DNA of 63,874 bases, filler included, from Chiloscyllium plagiosum (lineage: Eukaryota), in NCBI RefSeq assembly GCF_004010195.1. It is 3 parts of one record of this genome, joined end to end, with 100 filler letters (N's around TTAATTAATTAA, not from the genome) between each part and the next. Parts side by side here need not be neighbours in the genome. Positions count along the whole stretch, not along the records: positions 1 to 23,092 come from NC_057713.1; 2 more parts are not named here. One strand, 5' to 3'. Positions 10,876 to 22,882 of this stretch are shown piece after piece. A program made the translations under genes and the position numbers. The stretch's first letter is position 1. Every line of letters begins with the position of its first letter. The notes under the pieces are model-generated. The model was not told the DNA's origin. It saw only the letters and a list, made by a program, of their open reading frames with translations, and ran no database searches.

Positions 10876-13545
10876 AGGTGTATTGTCTGCTATGAGTCCA
10901 GGAGCTTGGACATGATCACCTGACATCTTGGGTGGTCAGAGTCAGAGGGCCGTATCACTACACTCTGGCCATGTTCAGTCCAGCAAGTCTCTTGTGACCC
11001 TACAGGAGGTAAGGTATTCAAGGACTGATACACAGATCAGTGAGGGGCCCAGTCACATGAGGCACTGTATCAAACACCTTCTGTTGTCTATATCAACAAC
11101 ATTATCGTCAATCTTTTCTGTTACCTCCGCAATTCTTCACCCTTTCCTGTGACTGCTTCATAGGAACAGGAGTAGATCATTTCACTTCAAACCATTTCTG
11201 CCATTCAAGTAAAATATAGAATTGACCTGATCTTTCATATTTGCTTCATATGCAGCCTTTGGTCAAATTTTATCACACAATGGTCCCGTTAAATCCCCTG
11301 ATGGGGACTTCTGAAATAATCAGAAATATTCATAAAATTATAACTGGGCCATGTAAGAGTGAAATTGCAGAGTACTTTTCCGCATACATTCAGTGAAAAT
11401 TAGGAATCCTCATCCTCAAATGGCTTCTTCAATGTATCAAGAAGAAGATCAATATATATTTATATTAGGCAATGATATCAAAGAATTATGAATAAAATAC
11501 GGTAGATGCACTAGCAGTAAAAATCAGCTATGATTTTCTGGCAGAGAATGCAGGAGGGATTGACTCACCTACAACTTGGTGATTGTATATTGCTATGATT
11601 GTTGGTCTTACTTGTGGGGTCAGATTACACCTTGAATTCTGTGTTCAGCTTTGATCACGGAAGAGCAAACAAAACAGAACACAAGACTGTGAAAACTTGT
11701 GTCTATGAGTTTTCGCGTATTCCTACCTCAAAGAATGGAGTTATGATTGGAAAAACTCGTAGACACGAGGAGAATTCTACAGAAACACAGAAGACATTTG
11801 AAGAAATTTAAATTAATTTAGAAAACTACTTCTTAGTATGCCTTGTTTGAGAGCAAGGTGGCATTGGTTAAGACTGGTGAAAGAAAAATGTAGAGCATAT
11901 CAAGAAAGATGTGTTATATGAGTGGTAAGTCATAGTTGATAAAGGAACTGCGGATATCTTTCTCTATTAAGGAGACAAGTCATTAAATCACTTGGGGAGT
12001 ACCACTCAACATCAAGCATGGGTATACAAGGAGACAAATTGCAAATCTGCCTCAGCCACAACAGGAGTTGAACCTACACAGTCTGTGAGCCTTAATCACA
12101 AGCTGGTTTTCCACACTACCAGGAAGTAATATTTCATGCGGAAGGTGATCAATACTTGAAATGGTCTTATTCTCAGGGTTGTTAAGGCAACAATGTCAGC
12201 ACTATTTAGGAACCAATTAGGTGTTGTATTCTTTACAAAGACTTATGAAGGTTTGCCATTGTCTCCAGTCAAATAATTAGTATCACAGGTGCCACAGATT
12301 TAAGGGGGAGCCACTAAAAGTAATCTAACTAGGTTTAATCAAATAAATGGAGACTTAAATTTAGTCCGCTCTTTATTAAATCTATCAATTCTCACAGTAG
12401 CCACTGTTTGGGGAATTTCTCAAGCATGATAATAAACATATATACTTCCTCTATATGGCCACAAAATCACAAAAGGATATTACAAGAGAGACAGCTAGGC
12501 AGACTGACCTTCCCTCTGGTCCTTTCCCATTTTAGATCTGTGAATGCTTGGGATGATATGGTGACAAGAATGTAAGTATTGTTTAAAATGCTAGATGGTT
12601 GAGCTACTGTGGGCAGATGGTGTCCCTCACCAGTATCTTTCTCACAATCTAATTATCAGTCATAATCTCACCATTTTTTCTTCCTTTACACTGCACAAAG
12701 GTCCTCTCTTAATTAACTGCAGTTTATATCTTCAACCACTTAGCACGATGTGCAGTATCTAATTTACATTCAACTGCTTCAGTACACTGCTGTATTCATG
12801 TACTTCATATCAGCACAAACACTCAAACAGACGCATTGTCAAACCACATCCTTTTGCCAATTTAATTAGATTCTGAGGGTTTATGGCTTTATAGATTGCC
12901 AATTATGCAGAATTAATTTAGATGTAAATTGCAACATCCAGGGACAGGGCCAAGTACTGTGAGCTCTATTGAAATGTATCAATATTTTGTCACAACTGAA
13001 TCAATACCTTCCTTCTGTTTTCACTGTACACTTTGAAATAAAAGGTACAGGGAAAAGACAAAACAGGAAGCATGGCTAGCTTTAATTGCTGCTTTGACGA
13101 TTCAGTATATTGAGTAGTCGATTGAAAAATGGCATGAGGAAACAAAATGTTCAGCTCCACTGAGTTCCAATACAAGCCAAGCCAATAGACTGAAACTATC
13201 TGCCAGCTGAAAAGCATTCTACATGGAATGACTCTGAGGCATTTCAATATGCTTCCTGGTAAGCATTAATTTTCAATTCAAAATGTCCTCATTTGGAGGC
13301 TAATTGGTCATAGATCAAGTGGGAATATAGGAAAATTAACATTGGTGCTTTAGGGCTGCCTTATCTGATTTGTTGAATCAAGAAAGAAGCAGGGGCAAGT
13401 TGACTGAGACTTTATTGCAAATTCAAAGTAATTTGGGAATGCTTGATGCTCATTATGTATGGCTGAAATTGAAGGGTTATACTTTCTGAAAGTACAGTCC
13501 TAATGTCTGTTTGCATATTAGGATAATTTTTAAAAATCTACTCTG

Positions 13546-13822
13546 GGGCAGTTAAGAGTCAACCACATTGCTGTGGTTCTGGAATCACATGTAGTCCAGA
13601 CCAGGTAAGGATGGCATTTCCTTCTCCAAAGGACATTAATGAACCAGATGAGTGTTTCCCATCAATCGACAATGAATCCATTACTAAACTCTTAATTTCC
13701 AATTCTCTATTGAACTCAAATTCCTACACCTGCCATGTGGGATTTGGATCCAGCCTCCAGTACATTATCTGAGCTTTTGAATTCATAATCGAGTGATTAT
13801 ACCACTGGGCCATTGCCTTCTC
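13546..13822 (-). mobile_element. tRNA-derived SINE, same family as 9451-9803
   Basis: ggggcagttaagagtcaaccacattgctgtgg...gaaccaga is the reverse complement of the SINE body. Confidence 0.8.
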
Positions 13823-14119
13823 CATAGGTTTTGGATATTTGACTGATTGACACAGATTTATGGGTCAATGATTGTGTCAGCAAGGGGTTGATGTTTCTTT
13901 TCAAGGCTGGGACTCAATACAATGCTTGAAATGTCTAAATATCCACTGCATTATAGCTGCTGGGTCAGGGTTAGTGTTGTGTTGAGTGCCAGGAGGCCAA
14001 CCTGATTAGCGACAAGGGAAGGGGTGGAATGAGGTATGAATGCAGTGCTGGAGCAGCTCAACAAAGCAGCAAAACAAACTAATCTCAAGAGTAACATTGC
14101 TAAAGTCTCATTTACTGAC

Positions 14120-15514
14120 AATTCTGAGCAGATAGAGGAAGGCCTAAATGAGAATTTTGTTTCAGTTTTCTCTAAGGAAAGGGACCTTCTTGTGAATGAG
14201 AACTTTGAGGAGCTGGGATACAGGCTTGACCAGATCAAGATTGATGAAGTTGATGTGCTGAAAATTTTGGAAACATTAAGATTGGTATGTCCCCAGGGCC
14301 AGACCAGATTTATCCTAGGCTGCTCCCAGTAGTGAGAAAGGAGGTTGCTATGCCGCTGGCAAAGATCTTTGCCTCCTCACTCTCCATGGGTGTCGTACCG
14401 GAGGTTTGGAAGGAGGCGAATGTTGTTCCTCTTTTCGAGATGGGTAATAGGGAAATCCCTGGCAATTAGAGACCAGTCAGTCTTACGTCTGTGGTCAGCA
14501 AAGGTTTGGAAAGAATTCTGAGGAATAGGATCTATGACTATTTGGCAAAGCATAGCATGATTAAAGGCAGTCAGCATGGCTTTGTGAGGGGCAGGTTATG
14601 CCTCACAAATCTTATTGAGTTCTTCGAGGAGGTGACAAGACAGGTCAACAAAGGTTGAGCAGTGGATGTAGTGTATATAGACTTCAGCAAGGCATTTGAT
14701 AAGGTTCCCCATGGTAGGCTCATTCATAAAGTCAGGAAGTATGGGATACAGGGAGATTTGGCTATCTGGATTCAGAATTGGTTGGCTGGCAGAAGGCAGA
14801 GAGTGGTTGTAGATGGAAATTATTCTGCTTGGAGGACAGTCTTGAGAGGGATCACACAGGGCTATGTCCTTGGGCCTCTGCTCTTTGTAGTTTTTATGAA
14901 TGACTTGGACGAGGAAGTTGAGGGGTGGGTTAGTTAATTTGCAGATGACACAAAGGTTGGAGGCATCGTTGATAGTATCGAGGCTGTAGCGCAACCTAGA
15001 CAGGATGCAGAGCTGGGCTGAGAAATGGCAGATGGAGTTCAACATGGNNNNNNNNNNNNNNNNNNNNNNNNNNNNNNNNNNNNNNNNNNNNNNNNNNNNN
15101 NNNNGAGGTTGAATAAGCTCGGACTTTTCTCTCTGGAGAGAAGGAGGAAGAGAGGAGACCTGATTGAGGTATACAAGATAATGAGAGGAATAGATAGAGT
15201 CAATAGCCAGAGACTTTTTCTCCAAAGTACGAGGGGTCATAGTTTTAAGATATAAGGGGAAAGGTATAGAAGAGATGTCAGAGGTAGATTCTTTACGCAG
15301 AGAGTTGTGAATGCATGGAATGCATTGCCAACGGTGGTTGTGGAAGCAGAGTCATTGGGGACATTTAAGCGAGTGCTGGACAGGCACATGGAGAGCAGTG
15401 AGTTGAGCGGTGCGTAGGTTGTTACTATATTTTACTTTAGAATTAAACCTCGGCGTAACATCGTGGGCCAAAGGACCTATTCTGTGCTGTACTTTTCTAT
15501 GTTCTATGTTCTAT
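14120..15514 (+). mobile_element. 5'-truncated CR1-type LINE (RT to 3' tail), disrupted; contains a 57-N gap at 15048-15104
   Basis: SPGPDQIYPRLL, QHGFVRGR.CLTNLIEFFEEVT, DVVYIDFSKAFDKVPHGRL, FADDTKVGG and LGLFSLERRRKRGDLIEVYKIM motifs, with in-frame stops; tail (ttctatg)n. Confidence 0.95.
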
Positions 15515-15519
15515 ACTAC

Positions 15520-16985
15520 TTCAAATCTGGACCAGTCCCACTGTTCAGCACTTGCCCCGTGGCCATTAACCTGTCCTGCCACCTTTAGGGATCTGTGGAC
15601 AAGTACCCCAATATCCGTCTGTTCCTCTGACCATATCTGTGCTGCCATTCATCAAGTATCCCATGATCTTGTTAGTCCTTCAAAAATGCATCGCCTCACA
15701 CATCAGGATTAAATTCCAGTTGATCTGCCTACCTGACCAATCTACTTATATCCTACTGTGACCTAAAACCTCCTTCTTCAGTATCAACCAACCAGCAAAT
15801 CTTCATCAATGAGAAGTGAGGACTGCAGGTGCTGGAGATCAGAGTTGAGAGTGTGGTGCTGGAAAAGCAAAGCCAGTTAGGCAGCATCCGAGGAGCAGGG
15901 GAATCAATGTTTTGAGGATTCCTGATGAAGTGCTTATGCTCGAAACGTCAATTCTCCTGCTCCTAGATGCTGCCTGACTGGCTGTTCTTTTCCAACACCA
16001 CACTCTCAACAAAACTTCATATCATCCACAAGCTCACTTATCACTCCCCACACATTCCTCTCTACATTGTTCATATATATCATGAATAATAAGGCACTGA
16101 TCCTTGTGGTACACCACTGGACACTGGCCTGAAATAGCATAAACAGCCTTCTATTGTCACCCTCTGTGTTCTGATACTAAGCCAATTTTGAATCCAAATT
16201 GCCAAGTTAACCTGAATCCCATAAGCTTTTGTGATCTTTGTCATTCTCCAATGTGGGATCTTGTCAAAGGTTTTGCTGAAATTCATATGATTATATATAA
16301 ACTGCATCAATTGCATGACCATCATTTGATTATCTCTTCAAAAAAATTCAACTAAATCCGTTAGGCATGATCTTCCTCAGACAATGCTATGCTTTCTACC
16401 CCTGACCAACCTGTGCCTCTCTAAATGCAGATTAATTCTTTCCTGAAGAATTTTCTGTAATAATTTGCCTATAAGACATACTGGTCTTTAATTCCCTATT
16501 TATCTCTATCACCCTTCTTGAAAAGAATCTCATTGGCTGTCCTCCAGTTCTCTGGCACCTCCCCTGCGATCAGACAGGAATTAAGAATTTGGATCAGATC
16601 CACTTCTGTCTCCGATAGCAGCCCGGGGTGCAGTTCATCTGGACCTGGGGATTTGTCTACTTTTTAAATCTCCAAAAGCTTAAAAGCCTCCTCATTTCCC
16701 TATATCAATCTGCTCACAAATCTCACAGCCTATCTTCCCAGCTTCTCTTTCTACTGAATGAAGACAGTCGAGAAGTGCTTATTTAACACTCCACCCATGT
16801 CCTCTGGCTCCATGCACAGATTTCCCTCTTGGTCACTCATAGGCCCTACTCTTTCCCTCGTTATTCTCTTGCCCATATATACTTCTATAATATCTTGGGA
16901 TTCTCACTAATCTTGTCTGCTGGTGATTGTTTATGCCCTGTCTCTGCTCACCTAATTGCTTTCTTAAGTTCTCCCTTGCAGTTTA
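15520..16985 (-). mobile_element. Decayed CR1-type ORF2 fragment (older subfamily)
   Basis: Minus strand MNFSKTFDKIPHWR...NLAIWIQNWLSIRTQRVTIEGC...RPVSSGVPQGSV. Confidence 0.85.
15810..16010. mobile_element. Fold-back PLE terminal-repeat insert with hammerhead motif
   Basis: 15844-15905 is inverted to 15950-16010. Plus strand has CTGATGA-agtgc-ttat-gctc-GAAA-cGTC at 15922-15949. Imperfect TSD aaatcttcat/aaaacttcat. Confidence 0.8.
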
Positions 16986-17248
16986 TATACTCCCTTGTCT
17001 TGTTCCATGGGACACTAACATTGAGGTTCAGCAATAATACTCTGCAGCAACTTTAAGACAAACATTGACTAGACCAATCAGCTGACAGAAACACACAATA
17101 TTAATTAATTCTGCCCTAACTGACCAACCACCTTTCCAGATAATACAAGGCCTTGGACAGCATGAACAAAGACAGAATTATTAGAAAGGGTCCAGGACCA
17201 CATAGAAGAGGCACCAAACTTTTTTTTTTTGCAAGCTTCCTAAAGTAG

Positions 17249-17454
17249 AAAGTTAAAAATCACACAACACCAGGTTATAGTCCAACAGGTTTAATTGGAA
17301 GCACACTAGCTTTCGGAGCACCGCTCCTTCATCAGGTGAAGGAGCGTCGCTCCGAAAGCTAGTGTGCTTCCAATTAAACCTGTTGGACTATAACCTGGTG
17401 TTGTGTGATTTTTAACTTTGTACACCCCAGTCCAACACCGGCATCTCCAAATCA
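17249..17454. mobile_element. 206-bp fold-back PLE-derived element with 12-bp TSD
   Basis: 83-bp arms 17249-17331 and 17337-17419 (2 mismatches, 5-nt loop) plus a 35-nt tail. ttcctaaagtag duplicated at 17237-17248 and 17455-17466. Confidence 0.92.
17304..17338 (-). ncRNA. Minimal type I hammerhead ribozyme motif
   Basis: Minus strand cac-CTGATGA-a-ggagc-ggt-gctcc-GAAA-gCTA-gtg: core, 5-bp stem II, palindromic AGCT stem III, CUA cleavage triplet, cac/gtg stem I. Activity not shown. Confidence 0.7.
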
Positions 17455-18059
17455 TTCCTAAAGTAGCACAAGGAACTCCGCAGATGAGGAAAAGGACCTC
17501 ACTCACACAACTGATAACCATGGTTATAATAGTTGCACTCTATTTTCCTTGCAGATGCCCATATTAAGATAAACAAGGCAACCACTGTTAAAGACAAACC
17601 TGTTCAGCAAAACTGCATAGGGAAGATTAATCATGACTGGAGCAAACCTATTTCCATCAGTGTCACCTCGCAAACTTTAATTTCGATACAGGGCTGCAGT
17701 CACTAGTGCCTGTCAGACTCTCTTAGATGTATGAGGGAGTTTACAATTTTCATCTATCCAGCTATAAGACCAATAAGGAACCAACCTCACAGTCAAAGGC
17801 CACTCTCAAGCAGCATTAAGACATAAAGAAAAATGAATTGCCGAATCATTACCTCATGTCTATCATCAGCTATGGTTGCTGCTCAGCAAAAGAAAAAGCC
17901 CACACAGCTCTCAACCTTATCCTTGAAGTAAAAATACTTGTCAGTGAGATGTCAGAAAATTTATTTCCACAAAAATTTCCAAAACTCTTCCGAGAGCTAT
18001 GGGAAACTGAATACTGTAACACTTTAAAGCCAAGAACCAAACCCACCTACTTGGTCACA

Positions 18060-19044
18060 ATCAAGTTGATTTATTGACTTACTTATTGTCAAATGTATTT
18101 TGTTACAAAATAAAATGAAAAGTTTTGTATAGTGTCACCACTCGCCGGTGCAATCTTAAAACACAGAAAAATAAACCAAAACATAGATTATAAAGGCAGA
18201 AAAATGAAGACATAAAGAAAAAAGTGTTCAACATTACAGTTCCTCTTGTTAAGTACACTGCCATGGGCAATGGGCCTGGTGGCCACGCATGAGCCCCCTT
18301 CACCGTGTCGCCACCACTGCAATCAAAGTCACTACCTTCAATGCCATCTTGCCTCCACAAATGCCCTTGCCGTTATGAGTCCTCAATGGACCTCACCAAT
18401 GCAGAGGCCATTGATGCTACCGGCAACCCAAACCCAACTCTGTCGCAGCCATGAGTTTGCTTCTGGCCCACTTCACCGATATAGCCACTGCTGATTCTGT
18501 CAAGTTTCATACTGGGCCCAAACTTGCTTCTGCCACTGCCTCATTAATCTGCGCTAGATGCAGACTGGGTCCTGATGAAGGACTTTTGCCTGAAACATCG
18601 ATTTTCTTGCTCATCAGATACTGCCTGACCTACTGTGCTTTTCCAGCACCATGCTTTCAACTCTAATCTCCAGCATCTGCAGTCCTTATTGTCGCCTGTC
18701 AGGAACTCAAACTCACTTCTGCCGCAGCAGCCATGAGTCTACGCCAGGACCGCCTCATCAATGCAGAATCTGCCGCAGACCCAAAACTCACCTCCGAGCT
18801 GCCGGGCCTACTCATGTCTATGGTGGGCCTACTCAAGCCTCCTCTGGGCTCACTCGAATCCCCACTAGGTTCACTCACCACGACCAATGTCATCACCACA
18901 ACTAGGCTCTTCAACAGGAGGTAAATAAAAGATGGGAAAGAAGAGGAAAGGAAAGACGAGAAAAGAGAGAAAAATAAAGAAAAACCAAAAGAAATGAGGA
19001 CTGGGTGGACAAGCCTGGATCAGAACCACTCCATCGCCATCTTA
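18060..19044 (-). mobile_element. About 1-kb non-coding LINE-like non-autonomous element
   Basis: Interrupts the Gypsy reading frame. Minus strand begins aagatggcg (YY1-type motif, 19043-19035) and ends tttcattttattttgtaacaaaatacatttgacaataag...caataaatcaa, a LINE-like tail. No RT motifs inside. Confidence 0.55.
18570..18690 (+). mobile_element. PLE terminal-repeat fragment with degenerate hammerhead
   Basis: cCTGATGAaggacttttgcctGAAAcatcgattttc...ctccagcatctgcagtcc; same family as 15810-16010. Confidence 0.8.
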
Positions 19045-20374
19045 CCAGAAGGTGCCACACCGACCTAGAATCAAAGGCAAAGAGAAGACAGAGACTATGT
19101 TTCAATAAGAAGTTATTCCAAAAGACACCAAGCTGACTGCATGGTGCTCTGTAAATGGAACTAGTCCTGTAAAATTTGTGTTGAATTAATACATTTGACA
19201 AGGCAGTACAATGCCATCCAATGACATCTGTTGATCAGAGTCTAGCCAAACATCCGAGCAATGAAGTCATTACTAAGCTGAAAGCAAACAGTAGCTCTGG
19301 AAACTGCCCTTAGTTGAGGATGACAGATTCCAGGCTCTCTGGTGAGTGGCAAGTTGCTCTGAGAAAAGTGGGTGGTGAGATGGAGCAGAAATTGGATGTC
19401 ATACTCATCAGAAGGGCTATAATACTAATGAATGTGAAGAGCTTAGTAAGATAGAGTGAGAAAATTTGCTCGGCATCATGGTGAGAATCACTCGACCAAA
19501 CCTGACGTTATTTGCATGTAGCTAAAGAAAACATAAGATTTCCCTGTAATGTGTTTAATTATCCTGATTTGTAAACTAAAGTGCAGAAAGAGCGAGATGG
19601 GCAATCAAGCGATCTGCCATTTAGGCCTCCTTCAGAGTGAAGTCAACTGGATTGAAAGTGTTAATTTTTCAATTTACAGTGCACTGGTGCCCAATGTGAA
19701 TACCTCTCCATTTATACCAGCATTGGAGTAAAGAGAAAGTTTGTGAATTATTCAGCAATTGAGAAATCATTTGTAAAATGCGAAGTGACTGCTTGTCATC
19801 TTTCTCAATATTTCACACTGAAACTACCATTTCCCTCAAGGTTAACTATCTGATCCATGTGATAGAGACCTAGGCTTCCAGCCATAGGTCACTAATGGAT
19901 TTGAAAGCTGCAAACAGTTTGACAAAGCTCCTTCTTGTTGAGTTTCAGAAATTTCAGTAAAGGTGGTAGAATTTCACGCAGTGGGAAATAATTCCTTACA
20001 TGGATGAACATGGCTTTCTTGAATTTAGACACATGCAATGCATGATCAAGAGGATTACTGTCCTTTGGTCCACAGTTCTTAATTGTTACACCAGCACAGC
20101 AAGAAAGTAAGTTCAATAATGAGAACTGTATTATAAAACCAAGATAAGATTTAGTGCATCGTAGAAAGGATTATAAGAAAGGACAAAAGTCAGTCAACAA
20201 ATTTTTGCTTGCAAACTTTACATGTCAAGGAAATCATTGTTTATGTTATTGATAGTGATAAGATTACAGTTTATCTGAATATTTCTCTTTTGCTTTTTCT
20301 AAATTGCAAGTCCACAGAGCCACATGCTGTTAGATTTTTCAATAACCTTAATACTGAAGTCAAGACTCAATCTC

Positions 20375-20996
20375 AGTGCATGAGCTCCCATCTGAACTCG
20401 AGTATATTGAAGGCCTGTCGAACTAATCTCTTCTCATGTAACAATCCTGCCATCCCTGTTGTTAGATGAGTGAATCTCCACTGAACTCCCTATCTATGGC
20501 AAGTAATTCTATCTTATATAGGGTGACCAAAACAGTATACAATACTCCACATACAGTCTCATCATGGCCCTTTTTTTTTTAACTCCAGTAAGGCACCTCT
20601 CCTTCTGAATTCAAATCTTTTCACAATAAAGGCTAACATACCATTTGCCTTACTAATTGCTTGCTGAGCATGCCTGTTTACTTTCATTGACTGGGGTACA
20701 AGGACACCCAGAATGCTTTGTGCATCCACATTTTCCAATACATCACAATTTATATAATACTGTTCTGTTACATAATATTCTGTTTTTCATGCCAGAGTAG
20801 ATAACTCCATGATTATCCAGGTTATACTTTGTTTCCCCATGTTTGCCCAGACACTCAACTTTTGTTTAGAGTTCCCTAGCGCCTCCTTGCATTTTCCTCA
20901 GAAGGCACAATCCCAGTTGGCAGCAAAATTATAAATAATGCATTTGGTTCACTCCTCCAGATCATTTATATATTGTGAGTCGATGGGACTAAAACC
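20375..20996 (-). mobile_element. Decayed CR1 RT C-terminal fragment
   Basis: Minus-strand remnants TIYINDLE, LGVLVPQSMKVNRHAQQAISKANGMLAFI and RLYVEYCILFWSPY. Confidence 0.75.
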
Positions 20997-20997
20997 C

Positions 20998-22230
20998 TGT
21001 GATATAGTCCAATTCAAAATTAAAGGATGAATACTTGATTTGATGTCACTCGGAGTTAGGCATTTTGTGATGGAGAGTGGCATTCAATTTTAATGTAAAG
21101 TTAAAGATTTGCTGTCACGCTCTATAAAAAAAATTCTATATTGCAAGACAATGAGCAATAATTCAATACTTTAATGTTAATAAGTCTTTTTCAATAAAGT
21201 TTCCCAAACATTATGTAAGAGAATTAAGAAAGAGGGGGAAATTATTTCTGTTTGTAAATATTCAAACCCTCACTGATTTTTCATTCTTTTATTCTTTTAT
21301 CAATTTTGAATTGTGAACTAGAAGTGACTGGTGGACTTTGGGACAGTTTATGATAAGAGGAAAATAATAAACTCAACATTCTTTGTTTGTTTGTGCAGCC
21401 AGGCCTGGAGGCTACTTGGAGACTGACTCTTGATTAAAAAGGTTTGAACACACACACTGACCCTGAGAAGAGCATTTAAAAAAAAAAAATAGATAGTAGG
21501 AATTGGCTATTAATGAGGTCACTACTTGGCAATCGATTCTGGCAAGTCTGGAAGAGACCCTATGTTCAATAAATTGGCAGTGAAAGTAATTGATGCCTCA
21601 GGACAATTCAATCAGTCTATTAGGTTGGAACCAGAATTAAAGTTGATTTTTGAACTATTTTCTGAGAGATGGTTTTAGCTGCTGCTGAGAAGATCGCACA
21701 AAGATTTGAAAGCTCCCTGCCTAATCTGCCACATCAGCACCTAGAAACCCAAAGAGAATAAAACTAAGTTGGAAGTATAGGTGTATTTGGTTGGGTGAAT
21801 CATATTCCAGAAAAGCACCTAGGGAGTCCACCTTTATGCCTGTGAATCAAAGACATTTAAGTAACCTGGCCAATTTTTATTTTCTTTTATTTATTCCTTA
21901 ACTATATTTGTTTGTCTGTCTGTCTTTCCTTCATATGATTGTGGTCTGGAAGAAAATGTTTAAGGTTTAAAGCTCAGATATTAATCAACTTACCCTGTTG
22001 TTTAATTTTCTCTCTGCTAGATATTGTGCATTTAATAAACAGTGAAGTATTTCAGCTAAGATGCAAAACTGGAGTTTAGAAATGTATTATTCTCAAAAGT
22101 TATTAGTTATTCAAAAGTCTGGTTAGGAACCATTGGAGTGACTATTTGAGGATCTTCAACAGTTTAATTTTATGTTGAGAATACAGAGGGACGAATGTTG
22201 ATTTGGTTCATCTGGGTCTCCATATCATAA
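20998..22230 (+). mobile_element. Possible long solo LTR
   Basis: Begins abruptly with TGTGATA at the CR1 break, the same start as the LTR at 5004. Has aataaa near 22034 and ends ...catatcataa. The terminal CA and TSD are not clean. Confidence 0.35.
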
Positions 22231-22882
22231 GGGAAGCCAACGTGAAATAAAATAAAATTTAAATTTACTTACCTGTCTTAGGTATTGTTTTGTATTGAAT
22301 GATGAATTATGTGTAAAGCAATTGTAAAGTTGCTTGCCATTTCTCTTTACCTGAGTCAGCTCCTCAGAGTAAATCAGGTAAAGTGAATCTCACTGATAAC
22401 AGTTAAAGGGGAAGTAAAATTGAGTTTGTCTTAGTACTTCGATGTCAACGTTAAATTAAATGTGACACATTGGATTATAATAAATCTCTTCTTTTTTTGC
22501 AAGAAGAAAATGACACTGAGCATCTTCTGAATTATCAGTTTATCAGATTTATTCCAAACAATAAAACAATTGAGAAAATGAATAATGTTAATAGTTCTGG
22601 TTTGGTGATCCATCATGATAATATTCAATGCATGATCATTTCTCAGACTTCGAACTGAGGTGACGTTCGAAGGTAATAATAAGTATGCAGTCAAGGACAC
22701 GCAGACAAGTTAGCCAATTTTCATCAGTTCAGAAGTTTTGTTCTGTATAACCAATGTTACTATACTTCAGGTATTACAACAGAAAGAACACAATGTATCT
22801 ATTCATTAACAAACTGGAACATGCTACTTCTCATATTCTTCATCCAGATAAAATTGATTTTCACCAATTCATTGGGTTCCTC

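Larger units (their letters stand above)
17030..19320 (+). mobile_element. Decayed Gypsy-type gag-pol relic (zinc-knuckle remnant, protease, start of RT), split by inserts at 17249-17454 and 18060-19044
   Basis: DTG protease-like motif near 17685, then FPKLFREL...EY..TLKP..KP, and after the insert RKVPH..LESK.KE, ICVEL.HL.KAV, HPMTSVDQSLAK and ITKLKANSS, resembling Gypsy RT N-terminal motifs. Confidence 0.65.

Noticed and set aside
11599..11811. 70-aa ORF or possible terminal exon (SFDHGRANK...FEEI)
   Set aside because: TTG start, modest acceptor and no recognisable homology; within chance expectation.
17249..17419. Pre-miRNA or class II MITE
   Set aside because: The asymmetric 35-nt tail inside the TSD, the 12-bp TSD and the hammerhead core fit a PLE-derived retro-insertion better.
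22273..22658. Possible exons (minus-strand donor cag|gtaagt near 22272; plus-strand frame EENDTEHLL...)
   Set aside because: Weak matching acceptor or no donor, opposite strands, and unrecognisable peptides.
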